Assembly: GCA_965649765.1 (NCBI GenBank)
Contig: OZ287751.1
Location: 55,986,001-56,050,000, forward strand
Length of the DNA: 64,000 nt
Source: Bispira polyomma
Taxonomy: Eukaryota
Reading direction: 5' to 3'
Positions within the stretch are counted from its first letter, which is position 1; each line of letters starts with the position of its first letter. Both the position numbers and the translations under genes were made by a program. The notes beneath the pieces are model-generated. The model was given only the letters and a program-made list of their open reading frames with translations. It ran no database searches and was not told where the DNA came from. This document shows positions 49,986 to 62,327 of the stretch, in pieces.

Positions 49986-50389
49986 TACTTTAACCTTTCT
50001 CCTAAAGTGTTTGTCATAGCTCAATGAAATTTGACTTGCACATCCAATGCAAATGCATAAATGTCTAAATCTACTTGATTGTTGCTTCAACTTCAGGGAC
50101 GCTTTATTGTTTATTTTCAAAAACCTTTTCTAGTTTTTTGTTATAACACTATCTTAAAGATTCCCTTTTACAAAGGAATGATGCTATCATTTTTAACATA
50201 ATAATTATCTAAGGATTAATTAATAATATTTTTTATGTAAATGGAAGATTGAATGAAATATTTATATCACATATTTTTACTGGAAATAGCCAGTAAATAA
50301 TGGAAGTGAAATCTCAGTAAACATGTATATTTACTGAAAATTTTAGTATTTACCAATTATGCATATTTACTTTACCGTATATATGAATC

Positions 50390-50823
50390 TGTACTGTATA
50401 ACCTTTGACCTATTTCACACTATCCTTACTGTGTACATATAATTTGCTGTGCTGTATAACCTTTGACCTATTAATACACGCTCCTAATTGTTTATATATA
50501 ACTGTACAGTATAACCTTTGACCTATTTCACACACTCTCATTATTTATATATAACTCTGTAGAGTATAACCTAACTATTTCACACTCTCCTCATTTTGTA
50601 CATATAATTATCTGTACTGTATAACCTTTGAGCTATTCACACACTCTCTTAATTCTTTATTTATAACTACAGTATAACATTTTGACCTATTTCAGATACA
50701 CTCCTCAATGTTTATATATAACTTTCTGTACAGTATAATATTTTACCTATTTCACACACTCTCCTCAATGTTTATATATAACTCCGTACAGTATAACCTT
50801 TGACCTATTTCACACACTCTCCT
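50390..50823. repeat. ~53-61 bp minisatellite (8 units) in the aquaporin 3' UTR; the last unit overlaps the stop codon
   Basis: GTATAA(C) unit starts at ~50396, 50454, 50509, 50564, 50619, 50672, 50733, 50791; consensus GTATAACCTTTGACCTATTTCACACACTCTCCTCAATGTTTATATATAACTCTGTACA. Confidence 0.92.
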
Positions 50824-53800
50824 CCTCATTGGTCACTTCCAGTGGATGTTCCTTATTCTCTGAATACTCTTCATAATCATACTTGCTGGCCAGTAGATAG
50901 CCTTTGGCTTTACTGAAGGACGCGTTGGCAGCAAAGACGTTCTCGTACAGGAGACCAGCAACTAAACCTCCCAGTATAGGCCCACACCAGTAAACCTGAA
51001 ATATTTTCAAGTATAGAATTAAAATTTGGATATTTAACGTCCACTCTAGTATCTTTTAGTAGGTTATATTGGGACGGGTAGTTGGAAATGCTGGAGGAAA
51101 CACTGCATACAGTTGATCAAGGTTCTGCAGAGAAACCAGCGGCCCACAGTAAGGAACTACCACCTTTCCCACATAGGCATCGATGGGATTCGAACTCACG
51201 CCGCCCAGAGGTGAGAGATTTTCAAGTATAGAAGATTTTCAAATGTGCAGATGATGTTTTCCTTAAACATAGAGTTTCTCCACATGAAAAAAATGAAACC
51301 TCTAGAAAAGAAATGGTAGAAAAAGATCTAGTAGTGCTGTGATTTTTTTCCCACAAAAAGGAGAATTAGTTTTATCTAGGCCACATCTTTAGCACATACA
51401 TCCCAACAAATCTGTGGCTTAAAAATACAATAGCTACTGTCCAAACATCTTAGGGAAAAAAACTACTGCTTCGGTAATCCGAAGTACACAATATAGAGGG
51501 TATATATAGTAAGAGCTCTACTATTCAAACTTCTAGTATATGAATATTCAAAGTCTTGAATTCCTTTTCAATCTGCCAGATTTATGGTTGTCTCTTCTGT
51601 TTGGTTACCTTCAGTTATCATAACACAATAATGCTCTGCCTACATGTCCAGATATTAGAAGTTCTACTGTATTTGAGTTTAAAAATATAAGGAAAAGCAA
51701 TTTAGAGCTACAATGAATTTAGAAGCGAATTTTATATTAGGTTTATAAATGATAAATTTACAGTTAAAATGAATTGATAAGATTAATTTATATTAGGTCT
51801 AATTTAATTATAATTCAAGGTGATTGAGGTTGCCCTTTATATTTCTCTCTTACCCAGTGGTGTTCCCATATATTCTGTACTACAGCTGGTCCAAATGTAC
51901 GTGCTGGATTCATGCTGGAGCCTGTGTACTTTATCTAAATACATAATGTTATATCAGATTAAATAAAGTAAATTGGTACAGTACACTGTATATTTTGTAT
52001 TCTTATTGGTTGCATTATTTCAAATCTGCAGCAATGATTAAATAACAGTTATTGTGATAAAATTTTTCTAATTTCTAAAGGTTACTAGTAATTTATTATT
52101 GTTGAGTATATTTTTTACTTATAGATGCAAATACATATATAATATAAGATACAATTTATGATGAAAAAAAAATGCAATTAAAAATAACATTGAAACATAA
52201 AGACAATGTTTACACAACATTATATAGAAAGATTACAATACAAAGTATACAAAGTGCCCATGGTGTTAACCATATGGGAAAACCTGATAATGAAAAATAT
52301 CAAAATTTTTATTATTTCTTAAATCATATTTTTAACAGCAGTCGCAGGCTTGCAACTATAACTAAATTGAAAATTATATTTGTAACAGTAATTATGTGTC
52401 ATATTTAGAAGTTTCCTGATTTTTATGTTACTTCTGGTATACTTGCTGATGTTATATTTGTGGCAGATGTAATTGATACTTTTGTACATTCCGGGCCCAC
52501 TAGACTCATCTAATGCTAAACTGTATACATATTTCATTGTTTTATTCATTCGCAGAATTTACATGCACTGAGACATCATAACAAGTTATAGGTAATAAAT
52601 AAGATTGAGTATTAATGGTAGACAGTAACCTTCTGATGCATTTAATCTGGTAGCATGAAGTTTAACGTATCAGGAGAAGAGTAATACCATAATGCACTTC
52701 CATAAAGTGGCATACAAGGAAGTGGGAATAGAACCGGAAACCATCTGATCACCAGACAAACTCTCTAACTACTAGGCCATGGGATACCACAACAAACAGA
52801 TGCTATAGCAAGGACATGACAAACTTTCCTACATAAAGGAGCAATGTGAATTCAAACCCACTTTGGTGAAAGGCCAGTGATTGTGAAGCAGGCACTTCTA
52901 GACCCCCGGGTGTGCTTGGAATAAAGGAGCAATTATTTTCTAGACCTAAAACTCGAGAGTCCATAATCATTATGGTGAATTGATAGTTTGAGTGGAACAA
53001 CCGACTGGAAATATGACATATTTGAGTGATATGGAAAAACTATATCACCTTTTAAGAACATGAAGCTGGTAATTTTTACACACACTATAACTGGTCAAGG
53101 TCATTTTGCCTAATTATCACACCTTTGTTTTGACATCAGACTAATTGTGATGGGACCCAATTTTATTGCAGCTCTGAATGATGCACTTTATGATCTTTGA
53201 AAGCAATAAGACTGATTAATATAATCTACAATTGACTGTAATTATGCAAATAATATAGCAACATCATGTATGCAAAGACTAATTTGAAAAAAGCTACATC
53301 TGACAATGGATTTTATAGAGTTACGTAGTACTTACTGCAGCTAAGTGGCAGACAGTCACAGACAATCCTATGGTCAACGGACCAGATCCTTTGAGGTCCG
53401 TCCGCTTACTATCACAAGTTGCAAATACGGTAAACACCAGCACAAATGTGATCATGAATTCTACTCCAAACCCTTGCTCAGGAGTTGCCTCTGGATTGAC
53501 CATGGTCATTCCTAGGGTGCCTTGATATTTCTTGGGTGTGACCCCCTTGAGGATACCAGCTCCTAGCATGGCTCCCACACACTGGACTAGTATAAACAAT
53601 ACCCCTCTGGCGATACTGACCTTCCTGGTCACCAACATAGCCAAGGTGACGGCTGGGTTGATGTGACCTCCACTTACATGGCCTATTGCCCACACCATAG
53701 TGCCAACGATAAGGCCAAAGCATAGCGCTATCTGTGTTACGGAGGGTGAGTAATCCTCTTCCCAGCCTATACACGATCCACAGCCTACAAAGACTAAGAA

Positions 53801-53905
53801 AGCAGTTCCCAAACACTCGGCCAATGCTGCTCTCCAGAAGAGCAAACTCTTCAGATCATCTAGACTAGTCGCCATTAAGAGTTTCAACCAAGTTTTACCA
53901 CACAT
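50810..53905 (-). CDS. Aquaporin, AQP4-like (classical water channel, MIP family)
   Basis: Exons 53905(or ATG 53875)-53336 ([34 protein letters not shown]), 51934-51854 ([20 protein letters not shown]), 50995-50810 ([15 protein letters not shown]); two NPA boxes; GT-AG phase 0 introns. Confidence 0.95.
51019..51217 (-). mobile_element. 5'-truncated tRNA-derived SINE with 16-bp TSD in aquaporin intron 2
   Basis: TSD ATTTTCAAGTATAGAA at 51003-51018 and 51218-51233; B box GAGTTCGAATCC on the minus strand; same family as 63634-63912. Confidence 0.88.
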
Positions 53906-54574
53906 AAGATATTATTTATATGTGCATAAAGTAGAATGACTTGATGTCTTTATTTACTATACTAGTGTGCAGATGATGGATATTGGGACTACATATTATT
54001 TTTTTATCGAATGTAATAATAATACTTCAGATACTTATATGAAGGCAATAAATTGCTGTTGTGTAATTCTTTAACTGCACTAACGTCATTACAACATAGG
54101 ATTTTATCTGTTGATCAATGACAATGAAGACTAAAGACTTTGCTAAAATAAGCTGGCTATTGATGATTTCATCAACTGTGTCACACACAGAGCCTATTGA
54201 GATTACTATGTACACACTTGCCGTCAAAAACTGGCCTGAATTACATTCATTTGCATAAATTACTTTATATGTTAATCGGAATATAAGTATGATAAATTTA
54301 TTTCAAAGAGATCCACTTACTTATAAGTCTGATTATCTGTTATGCTGTCTAAATCTGTGATAACTAGTCATTTGACAAGAAAACAGTATCTTGCATATCA
54401 CCAAAACTGGCCTTCGTTATGACTGGATGTTACTGGTGAATACAATTCCTTTGTTTCTGTATTCTTAAATTTATTTATATTAAGAGTAATATGTTTATAG
54501 CGGTTACTTGTTCAGGTTTCTTTGCAAACTTACATATATATATATAAATATATATATATATAGTTTAGTAGTAC

Positions 54575-54760
54575 NNNNNNNNNNNNNNNNNNNNNNNNNN
54601 NNNNNNNNNNNNNNNNNNNNNNNNNNNNNNNNNNNNNNNNNNNNNNNNNNNNNNNNNNNNNNNNNNNNNNNNNNNNNNNNNNNNNNNNNNNNNNNNNNNN
54701 NNNNNNNNNNNNNNNNNNNNNNNNNNNNNNNNNNNNNNNNNNNNNNNNNNNNNNNNNNNN
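54575..54760. other. Assembly gap (186 N)
   Basis: Run of N. Confidence 1.
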
Positions 54761-55683
54761 GTACTACTAAACTATGTAGTGAACACTTTACTAAATGCTG
54801 TGAAATTGGTCACATAAACCATGCATTTTGTGCTGAGTCTGCAAAAAGACAGATTATGGCCCACTTATAAAAATCCCTTGACTTTAGATATGTAACTGGT
54901 TATCTATGCTGCGAGAAAAATGTCTTGTTTCTTTTATAAAATCAATTAGATAACAATCTTGTGAAAAACCTCTTCATGTTCATATCATAAAAAAAAAACA
55001 TTCAATGAGTTAAAAAGAGCATGTTATTTATTTTCTCCTCTTCAGTGTGACATTTTGGCAGCACTGGCCATTTGAAAGACTATATTTATTTAATCTATAA
55101 TCAGTGTGACATTTTATACATATGTTCAGCTTGTTTGGCTTCTCACTGTCTGTTAATAGTTAAACAGAATATAACTTTTATGTTAATCACAACACAGATA
55201 TATTATCATAAAAAAAAACAAAAAACTTAGCACTTCTTTTTGACGACAATAGTTCACCACAAAGTAGAGACTCTGTAGTTGGAATTCTTTATGATTATCT
55301 TGGTCAAGTAAAATCCTGTTGAATTATTATATGGGGACATTGTGTATGTATAGAACATTCAGACAATGTGAGTTGCAGTGCAGTGCATTGTTTTGAATCT
55401 GAATAGACCAAATCACCTTCTAAAGTCTATTCTAACTGGATACTGCTGTGTCAGCAATGCTGATTGGCCGAAAGCTTTGGTAAATATATTTTTATATCAT
55501 ATATGTATGGGCCGTGCAATTAATGCCCAGAGAAAAATAGTTTCTCCAGTGACCTACAATGTTCCACCAAATACAGTAGAATTCATGCTTGGCCTTACTA
55601 TGTCTCACAATCATGGTACAAATTACTGTATATTATGGTTTGTCATCTGTCATTCATTAATCTGTAAAGCAACGAAGCATACG

Positions 55684-56870
55684 TTAGTCCAACCCGTTGT
55701 GGAAATGAAGCTTGATAAAGTATGTTCCATCTTCTTGGCTTTCAAGTGTTGATTAAGCAATTAACACCAATATATTAAGAACCATCACTTAGTCACACCT
55801 AATAATATAATGACACCCCTGTCAATTAAGTGACACAACTACAAAAATTTCACCTACCCCACAAAAACCTATCCTGCATATTTTTCTTGAAACAAATCAA
55901 ATAACCCGTCAACATTAATACGTTTTCCAAAAAGATGACCCGTCAACATTATTAAGTTTTCTTGGAACCAATTTGGCAGATAGCTGACAGTGTCTTGTTA
56001 AAGTATGATGAATGGATTCAAGTCAAATCCCACAGGGTAGAAGGACTACTAATGACCCTCGAGTATTTAAAGATAAAAACAGAGAAGCTCCCTCAATTAA
56101 GGGATTCATTCAGGTCACCAGTGTGACATATAGTATTATCAGTTAAAAGTCTGTTTCTGTTTGATTTCAAAATACGTTGTTAAATTGCAAAATGTTAGAC
56201 GTGTAAGTATCACATGGACAGCTATACAGACTATTTATGGATCGCTGTTGCTGTAGTCTACAATATTATGAACCAGGGCATTTGCTATGTCTGTCCATAA
56301 CAGATGCGTTTTTTTTTATAGTTATAATTAATATCATTTTTACCAATATTTAGCTGTTCTTTCAAGTATTTTTTCCTTACTGCAAACAATATTCTTAACT
56401 GATCATTGTCAATATATGAGGTAATCTGCCACGACATTATTATTTAATATCATTTATTCTGCAGACAATTTACTCTGTGAGTGTAATGAGCCTCTACTGT
56501 GCCTGACTCCTTAAATCCAAATTCTTTTAATCTACTCAATAAGAACAGACTAGTTTTTTAATACAGAATGTAAAAATTATATATTATGTAACCCAATAAA
56601 CTTTTATACAACCTTAGAATAGGAATTCACTTGACGACAGCAAATAGCTTAAAATAGACCAAATGTACCCTGACTTTCTGTAAAAACAATGCAAGCTTGG
56701 TTTTTCTATAATTAGGCAGACCCAAAGCTAACTTAACAATCACTTTACACTTTAACATTTACTGCCATTTGGGAACAGGTTTCTAGTAAGTTTTGGAGAT
56801 GGAGAAGCAACCTAAAGACGCATAGAAATGCTTTGCACACAAAGCTTAAAAAGAGCTCTAAATTATAATA
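55684..56870 (+). repeat. Diverged ~1.2 kb non-coding duplication, copy 1 (copy 2 at 62328-64000)
   Basis: Colinear blocks, e.g. GTTGTGGAAATGAAG, TCCTGCATATTTTT(T)CTTGAAACAAATCAAATAAC, CTCCCTCAATTAAGGG(G)ATTCATTCAGGTCACCAGTGTGAC, TTTACCAATATTTAGCTGTTCTTTCAAGTATT, AACAGGTTTCTAGTAAG. Confidence 0.9.
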
Positions 56871-58903
56871 ACTTTTTATGGTTTTGATAAGGAGAATGAT
56901 CTTTATTGAAGATTACAATTAGGCTAAATTTAAGCATAAGCTTGGAATGGAGCAAGTTCAAACTATATTTAACGTTGGATTTTTCCGAAACAGATCATAA
57001 GAGAGGAATCTTTTTGTGAGCGTGTCATGTGGTAATTTTTTTTGTTTTAGGATAAATATGTTTAAGTTTAAGTGAGTATATTAGCTATAATGTAGATAGG
57101 TGTTAATGGAAGTAATGCTGTGTTTCTTTTATTTGTGTAAAAGGTTCCTTTGTTATTCAGACAAATTTACTATATAGAGAAAAAAATATTCGAGGATAGG
57201 CTGTCATAGTTGAAATAAAATTCAGCAAGTTAGTATATGTAGAAGAGTACTCATTAGAAGTCGATCAAGGTAGCTGGATCTGCCCAAAACTGTGGCACAT
57301 CTACATGAAGTATTTATGTAATCCTGGTGATTAACCAACCAACCAACCAACCGACACAGGTAAAATGGCACTGAAACAGATACCTGTAAAGATTCATGGA
57401 GACATCAGTGATGGTGATATATTTCATGTGTACAAAATGTTAATTGAGACCCAGTGACTAATTATGTTTAGCTACTTTAAATAAAAGTAAAGATAATTTT
57501 GTAAGCATTATCTTAAATATTTATTTTTCATGACCTACTTTTGAGTGCAACGAGATAGTTTACTTAAATTTATTTTGTGCTTGACGGTGTATTAAGATAA
57601 CTGTGTATTATATCATAATAGACAGTTTAGTTGTGGAGGAAAGCAGAACCAGATAGTTTGTTGTTTTATTGCTTTGCAAACAATCAGCCTTCAGCAATTC
57701 TTTCACCACTTTTTCACATACATGCTATTGTCAAGATTAAAACCTGTGACTACAATGTATCTGGCAAAGAGTGCTACTACCTCTATAGCATTAAGGCTCA
57801 CATGAAGTGATCAAAGATTTAAGTGAGTCTACTGCCAGTCTACTAGAGGCAAGAGTATTAACTCTACACCACCAGAGTCCTGCAACGCCATAGTTATTAG
57901 TGATGTACTCTGACTAAATGAAGACCTGTAACATTGAAAATGGGCATATTTGTCTCTCTTGAAGAGAGTTGGTACAATTTGTTGGCTGAATAAAGCAATT
58001 GACTGTCATTAAACTCTATCAGTGACTCTAGAGAGCGAGTTTCAGTGCTGTTGAGTTAGCTCCATCCTCCCACACACACACACCGGTCCTCACGTCCCTT
58101 ATTGTGTGTGGTAGTAGACTGCTCCTCATCTAGTTCTGGCCCACACCTCATTTTGTTTTAGTATTAGCAAAGATAATAAACACGACAATGTCGTTTGCCA
58201 ATAGGAATAGGACAGTGGGAAGGAATGTTCTTACTGGTGGTCTCTGGATCCAATTACACGTATTTAGGGGGGAAAATTGGGAATAGAAAACACATTCTGG
58301 ATCAACTGCCAGGTTGATATATTTCCCCAAAAAATGTTTGTTATTTATCAAATACCTTTAATTTTGGTTTGTATTGTGATAAATAATTTCTATAACATCA
58401 AATTGATGTCCAGTCATCCCCATAAGGCCCACCACCATCTATGGAGTTAACCATTAGAAGAGTCCAGTTACAAAATGCGGTTCGTAAGGAAGGTGTTAAG
58501 TTTGTACGGAGCACAAACTTTTATGTCCTGGTCACACCTACACATTCTACAGCTACGTTTGTGTCACATTGTGTAAATTTTAGAAACGTTTTGAAACATA
58601 GTAGGAAGTGACGATTCCTGGTGCGTTTGTTTCGTGATGTTGATTAGCGGATAGTATTGTTCCGGAAACGTCTCCGTTTCATCTGCTGCGACGATTGATT
58701 CAAACTGTTTAAAATAATTGTGTCACAGCTCCCGTTTCTCCCCGTTTCACTGTTCGTCCCGGAACCTTTCCGAAAGTAGCATAGACGTATCAGTAAGTAG
58801 CTGTATGTAGTAGTAGGTAGCGAGGAAGTCCCAGTAAGTCCCACGAAACTACCACGTTTTTAGTGTATATTGATTAAAAACATTCATGGACGTTAACATG
58901 TGT

Positions 58904-60778
58904 ATCTAATCTAATCTAATCTAATCTAGTCGTACTTTTATAGCACTTAATCTTTGTACAACAAATTCTAAGGCGCACCAAACCCAAAACATTAATCAAA
59001 AATCAAAAATAGTGGACAGATGGAAGTCATAACCAGGGAGACTACCGTAAATGGTTGCAACGGATAAGGTGGAAAAGCCTGTTCAAAAAGGTAGGCCTTC
59101 AGCTTACTCCTGAAAGAGGAGAAAATTTGAGCCAGGCGAACATGATCAGGTAGGCTGTTCCAAATGAGGGGGCCATCATAAGCTAGGCAGTGATTGAACT
59201 GAACTTTCGATTTGTGGATGCGAGGGTTGAAAGTGGGAATGTTAAGGTATAATTTATCAGGGTTACTGTGCCTTGTCCTGACTGAGCATGTATATTTGGA
59301 TAGATGGGGGCTAAAATAAGTGGGTAATCCAGAATTTAGAAATTTATATATTATTGTTGCTGTTTTGAAAGCAACACGATATTTTATTGGGAGCCAGTGC
59401 AGTGACTTGAGTACAGGAGTAATGTGGGAAAATTTAGAAGTTTTGGTCACAACACATGCCAATGAGTGTTGGATATTCTGTAGGCATCTGAGATCACTAC
59501 CAGATAAGGAACAGAACAGAGAGTTGCAGTAATCAAGCCTGCTGCTGACCAAAGCATTGGCAACAGTAATTGCAGTGGATTTGGAAAGATAGCGTCGAAT
59601 CCGCCTGAAATCACGGAGGCCAACAAAACATGATCTACACACCGATGCGACATGGTTAAAGAAGGAGAATTCAGAGTCGAACACCACACCCAGGTTTTGT
59701 ACTTTGTCAGCTGGAAAAAACCTGCTGCCAAGAATGTCAAGTGGAAAACAGCTGGACAATTTTTCCCGTTGCGACTTGGAGCCAAACAAAATAAACTCAG
59801 TCTTCTCAGGGTTCAGCTTGAGTTTATTTGCTGCCATCCAGTGTTGTACATCAACAAGGCAGTTCTGTAAGGAAGTGAAAGCTGCCTGGGCAGAGTCAGG
59901 TGTAAGGTGGATGTACAGTTGGGTATCATCAGCATAGAAGTGAAAGTTTATGTTTTTGCATGCAGCAATAATCTTGCTGAGTGGAGTGGTGTACATGGAA
60001 AACAAAATGGGACCCAGGACAGAACCTTGGGAAACACCAAATTTTAACCATGGTCGGATAAGATATTACCAATTTTGACTGATTGGAATCTTTCAGACAA
60101 ATATGCCGTGAACCACTTAAGCGCCATACCGCTGATACCGAACCAAGACGATAGGCACTCAAGAAGAACTTTGTGATCAATAGTATCAAAGGCTGCTGAC
60201 AGATCCAGCAGTACTAAGGCATTAGGCACACCTTTGGATAAAGATGTATGAACATCATTTTTGATGTAGAGTAGTGCAGTCTCAGTAGAATGACCACTTT
60301 TGTATGCTGACTGATACTTATTGGACAGATTGCTGACGTCAACATGTTGTTTGACCTGTGAGGCAACCGCGCGTTCTACCAACTTAGAGATATAGCAACG
60401 GCCTGAGACAGGACGGTAATTTTTCAAGTCAGCCTTTGGAAGAGAAGGTTTTTTTATTAAAGGAGTGACAATGGCCTTTTTAAAATCATCTGGAAAGACA
60501 CCATTTACCAACGAGAGGTTGATAAGTTTTGTAATTGAGGGCAATAAAATGTCAATACATTCCTGAAGAAAACGAATGTGGGCCAGGGATCTAACAAGCA
60601 AGATTTTACGGGTGATGCCAGTATTATTTTCCTGACTTCATCAACAGTTACTGTGGAGAAACAGTTTAAGACGGTTGGTGGAGCTGTTGGTAAAGGGGCA
60701 TTTGGGGCAGCTAATGTAAAACCGTCACGAATTCTGGTAATTTTATCAGTGAAAAAAGTACTAAAAATGTTTGCCAGT
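58904..60778 (-). mobile_element. 5'-truncated L2 LINE, same family as 36111-38045
   Basis: NYRPVSG, LLDLSAAFDTIDH, FYADDTQLY, LHWLPI; (TTAGA)n tail; several small indels break the frame. Confidence 0.92.
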
Positions 60779-62327
60779 GTAGGTGTGACCAAGCCCGTGT
60801 TTGGTTTCGGATATCAAATTAACATAGAGCAGAAGTAGATGTATAGCTAATATGGTTCTATGGATGACTAATAATTTATATGTATGCTATAAGGATAATA
60901 GCCATGAATAATTATAATTGAATAATTATTGTGTTAAATCATTTAATAACCTAGTATATGTGCCATAATAAGGCTACCTAAGGGATATGTGTGAGAGAAA
61001 AGAGCAATCCATATCTTGAATGTGTGTGTGGGTGTATGTTTAGGGGGTATTTAACTACAAGTGGAAGCCGTTTGTGTCCATCAAGGCGGGTATATATAAG
61101 AATGTAAGAATAATTGTACCTGTCAAGCAGTACTGGGATAAAACTGTCTCACTGAGGATAACATTGGATAGATTAAGGTTTGTAAAAGTGGTCTTGGGAT
61201 ACAAACAAAAAATAGGTACAGGTAAGTTGTCTAGCTCCTGAATATTAAATGTGCTACCATTGCAATGGCTTGCACCCCTAGTGAATATTATATGCATATG
61301 TACATAATGCAGTAGTCATATCTTTTAATGAAAACTTGTAGTAATAGAGAGCCCGTATATATAACTACAAATTTAATGCAGACTTGCAATAAGTGGTGTA
61401 ATTGTTGATTATGTAGATTTAATGCATGACTTTAAATATTAATAGATGTTAATATAAAAATGTATTGGCAGATTAATGTTCCTAATAAAATTACTAACCT
61501 GGCTTTTATACTAATTACCTCTACTAAGAAGGGTTTGTTTACTCATATGTCTGTTTGTTTGTTTGTTTGTTTGTTTCTTACTAGGATAACACAAACCCTA
61601 TTGAACCAATTGGATGCAGGAATTTTATTTCTTATTTTTGTGTGACAATTTCTTGCTTTGGCTTAATATTTACACAAACTAGGAATGATGTATGCGTAAA
61701 TGATGAAGCCTATTTTGGCCTTTACTCACCATTTTTGCAGTTATTTTAACCATTAACAGACAGAATTGTGATCTATCTATCTATGTGTATGATTACATTG
61801 AGCTGTACTTAGCAGTTAAGATACATTGTAAAAATGATGCAGTCAGTTTCAAGTGGTATTTCCCGCACAATCAATGTACCTATTGTTGTTGAATTTTTTT
61901 TTAATCAATACTCTGATTTGAATAACGGGTAGATGACATGTCTCTAATGGATTGAGTAACATGTTCAAGTAAAACGACTATAACTACCAAATAAAGAAGT
62001 AATAAACTGCAATGTACCATTAGTAGCTGTAAGCATATTGTTTCCATTTAATAATTTTAATTAATTAAAGTTTACCTCCTTTACGGTTACATTTAATTTT
62101 CACTAAAATCCCTGTTCATAATTCAATTTCGACATACATAAATGCACTTAAAAATTATAATTAATCATGAGCAGAAAATGAAGTAAGAAGAGTTTAAAAA
62201 CTTCAAAATTAAGATAAATGGAAGTTGGACATTTTACCCTTTGAAATGTCCAATATCTAACAAAATATATAAAATAGAGAAAGTCACATGCTAAAGTCAG
62301 TCGGTAAAGAGAAGAAGCCTAATTTAA

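Noticed and set aside
50765-50812. AQP4ex-like programmed stop-codon readthrough
   Set aside because: The context is UGA-AAUA rather than UGA-CUAG; readthrough would add 14 aa and the next ESV copy is out of frame (58 nt away).
54508-54870. 120-aa ORF
   Set aside because: Artefact of spanning the N gap.
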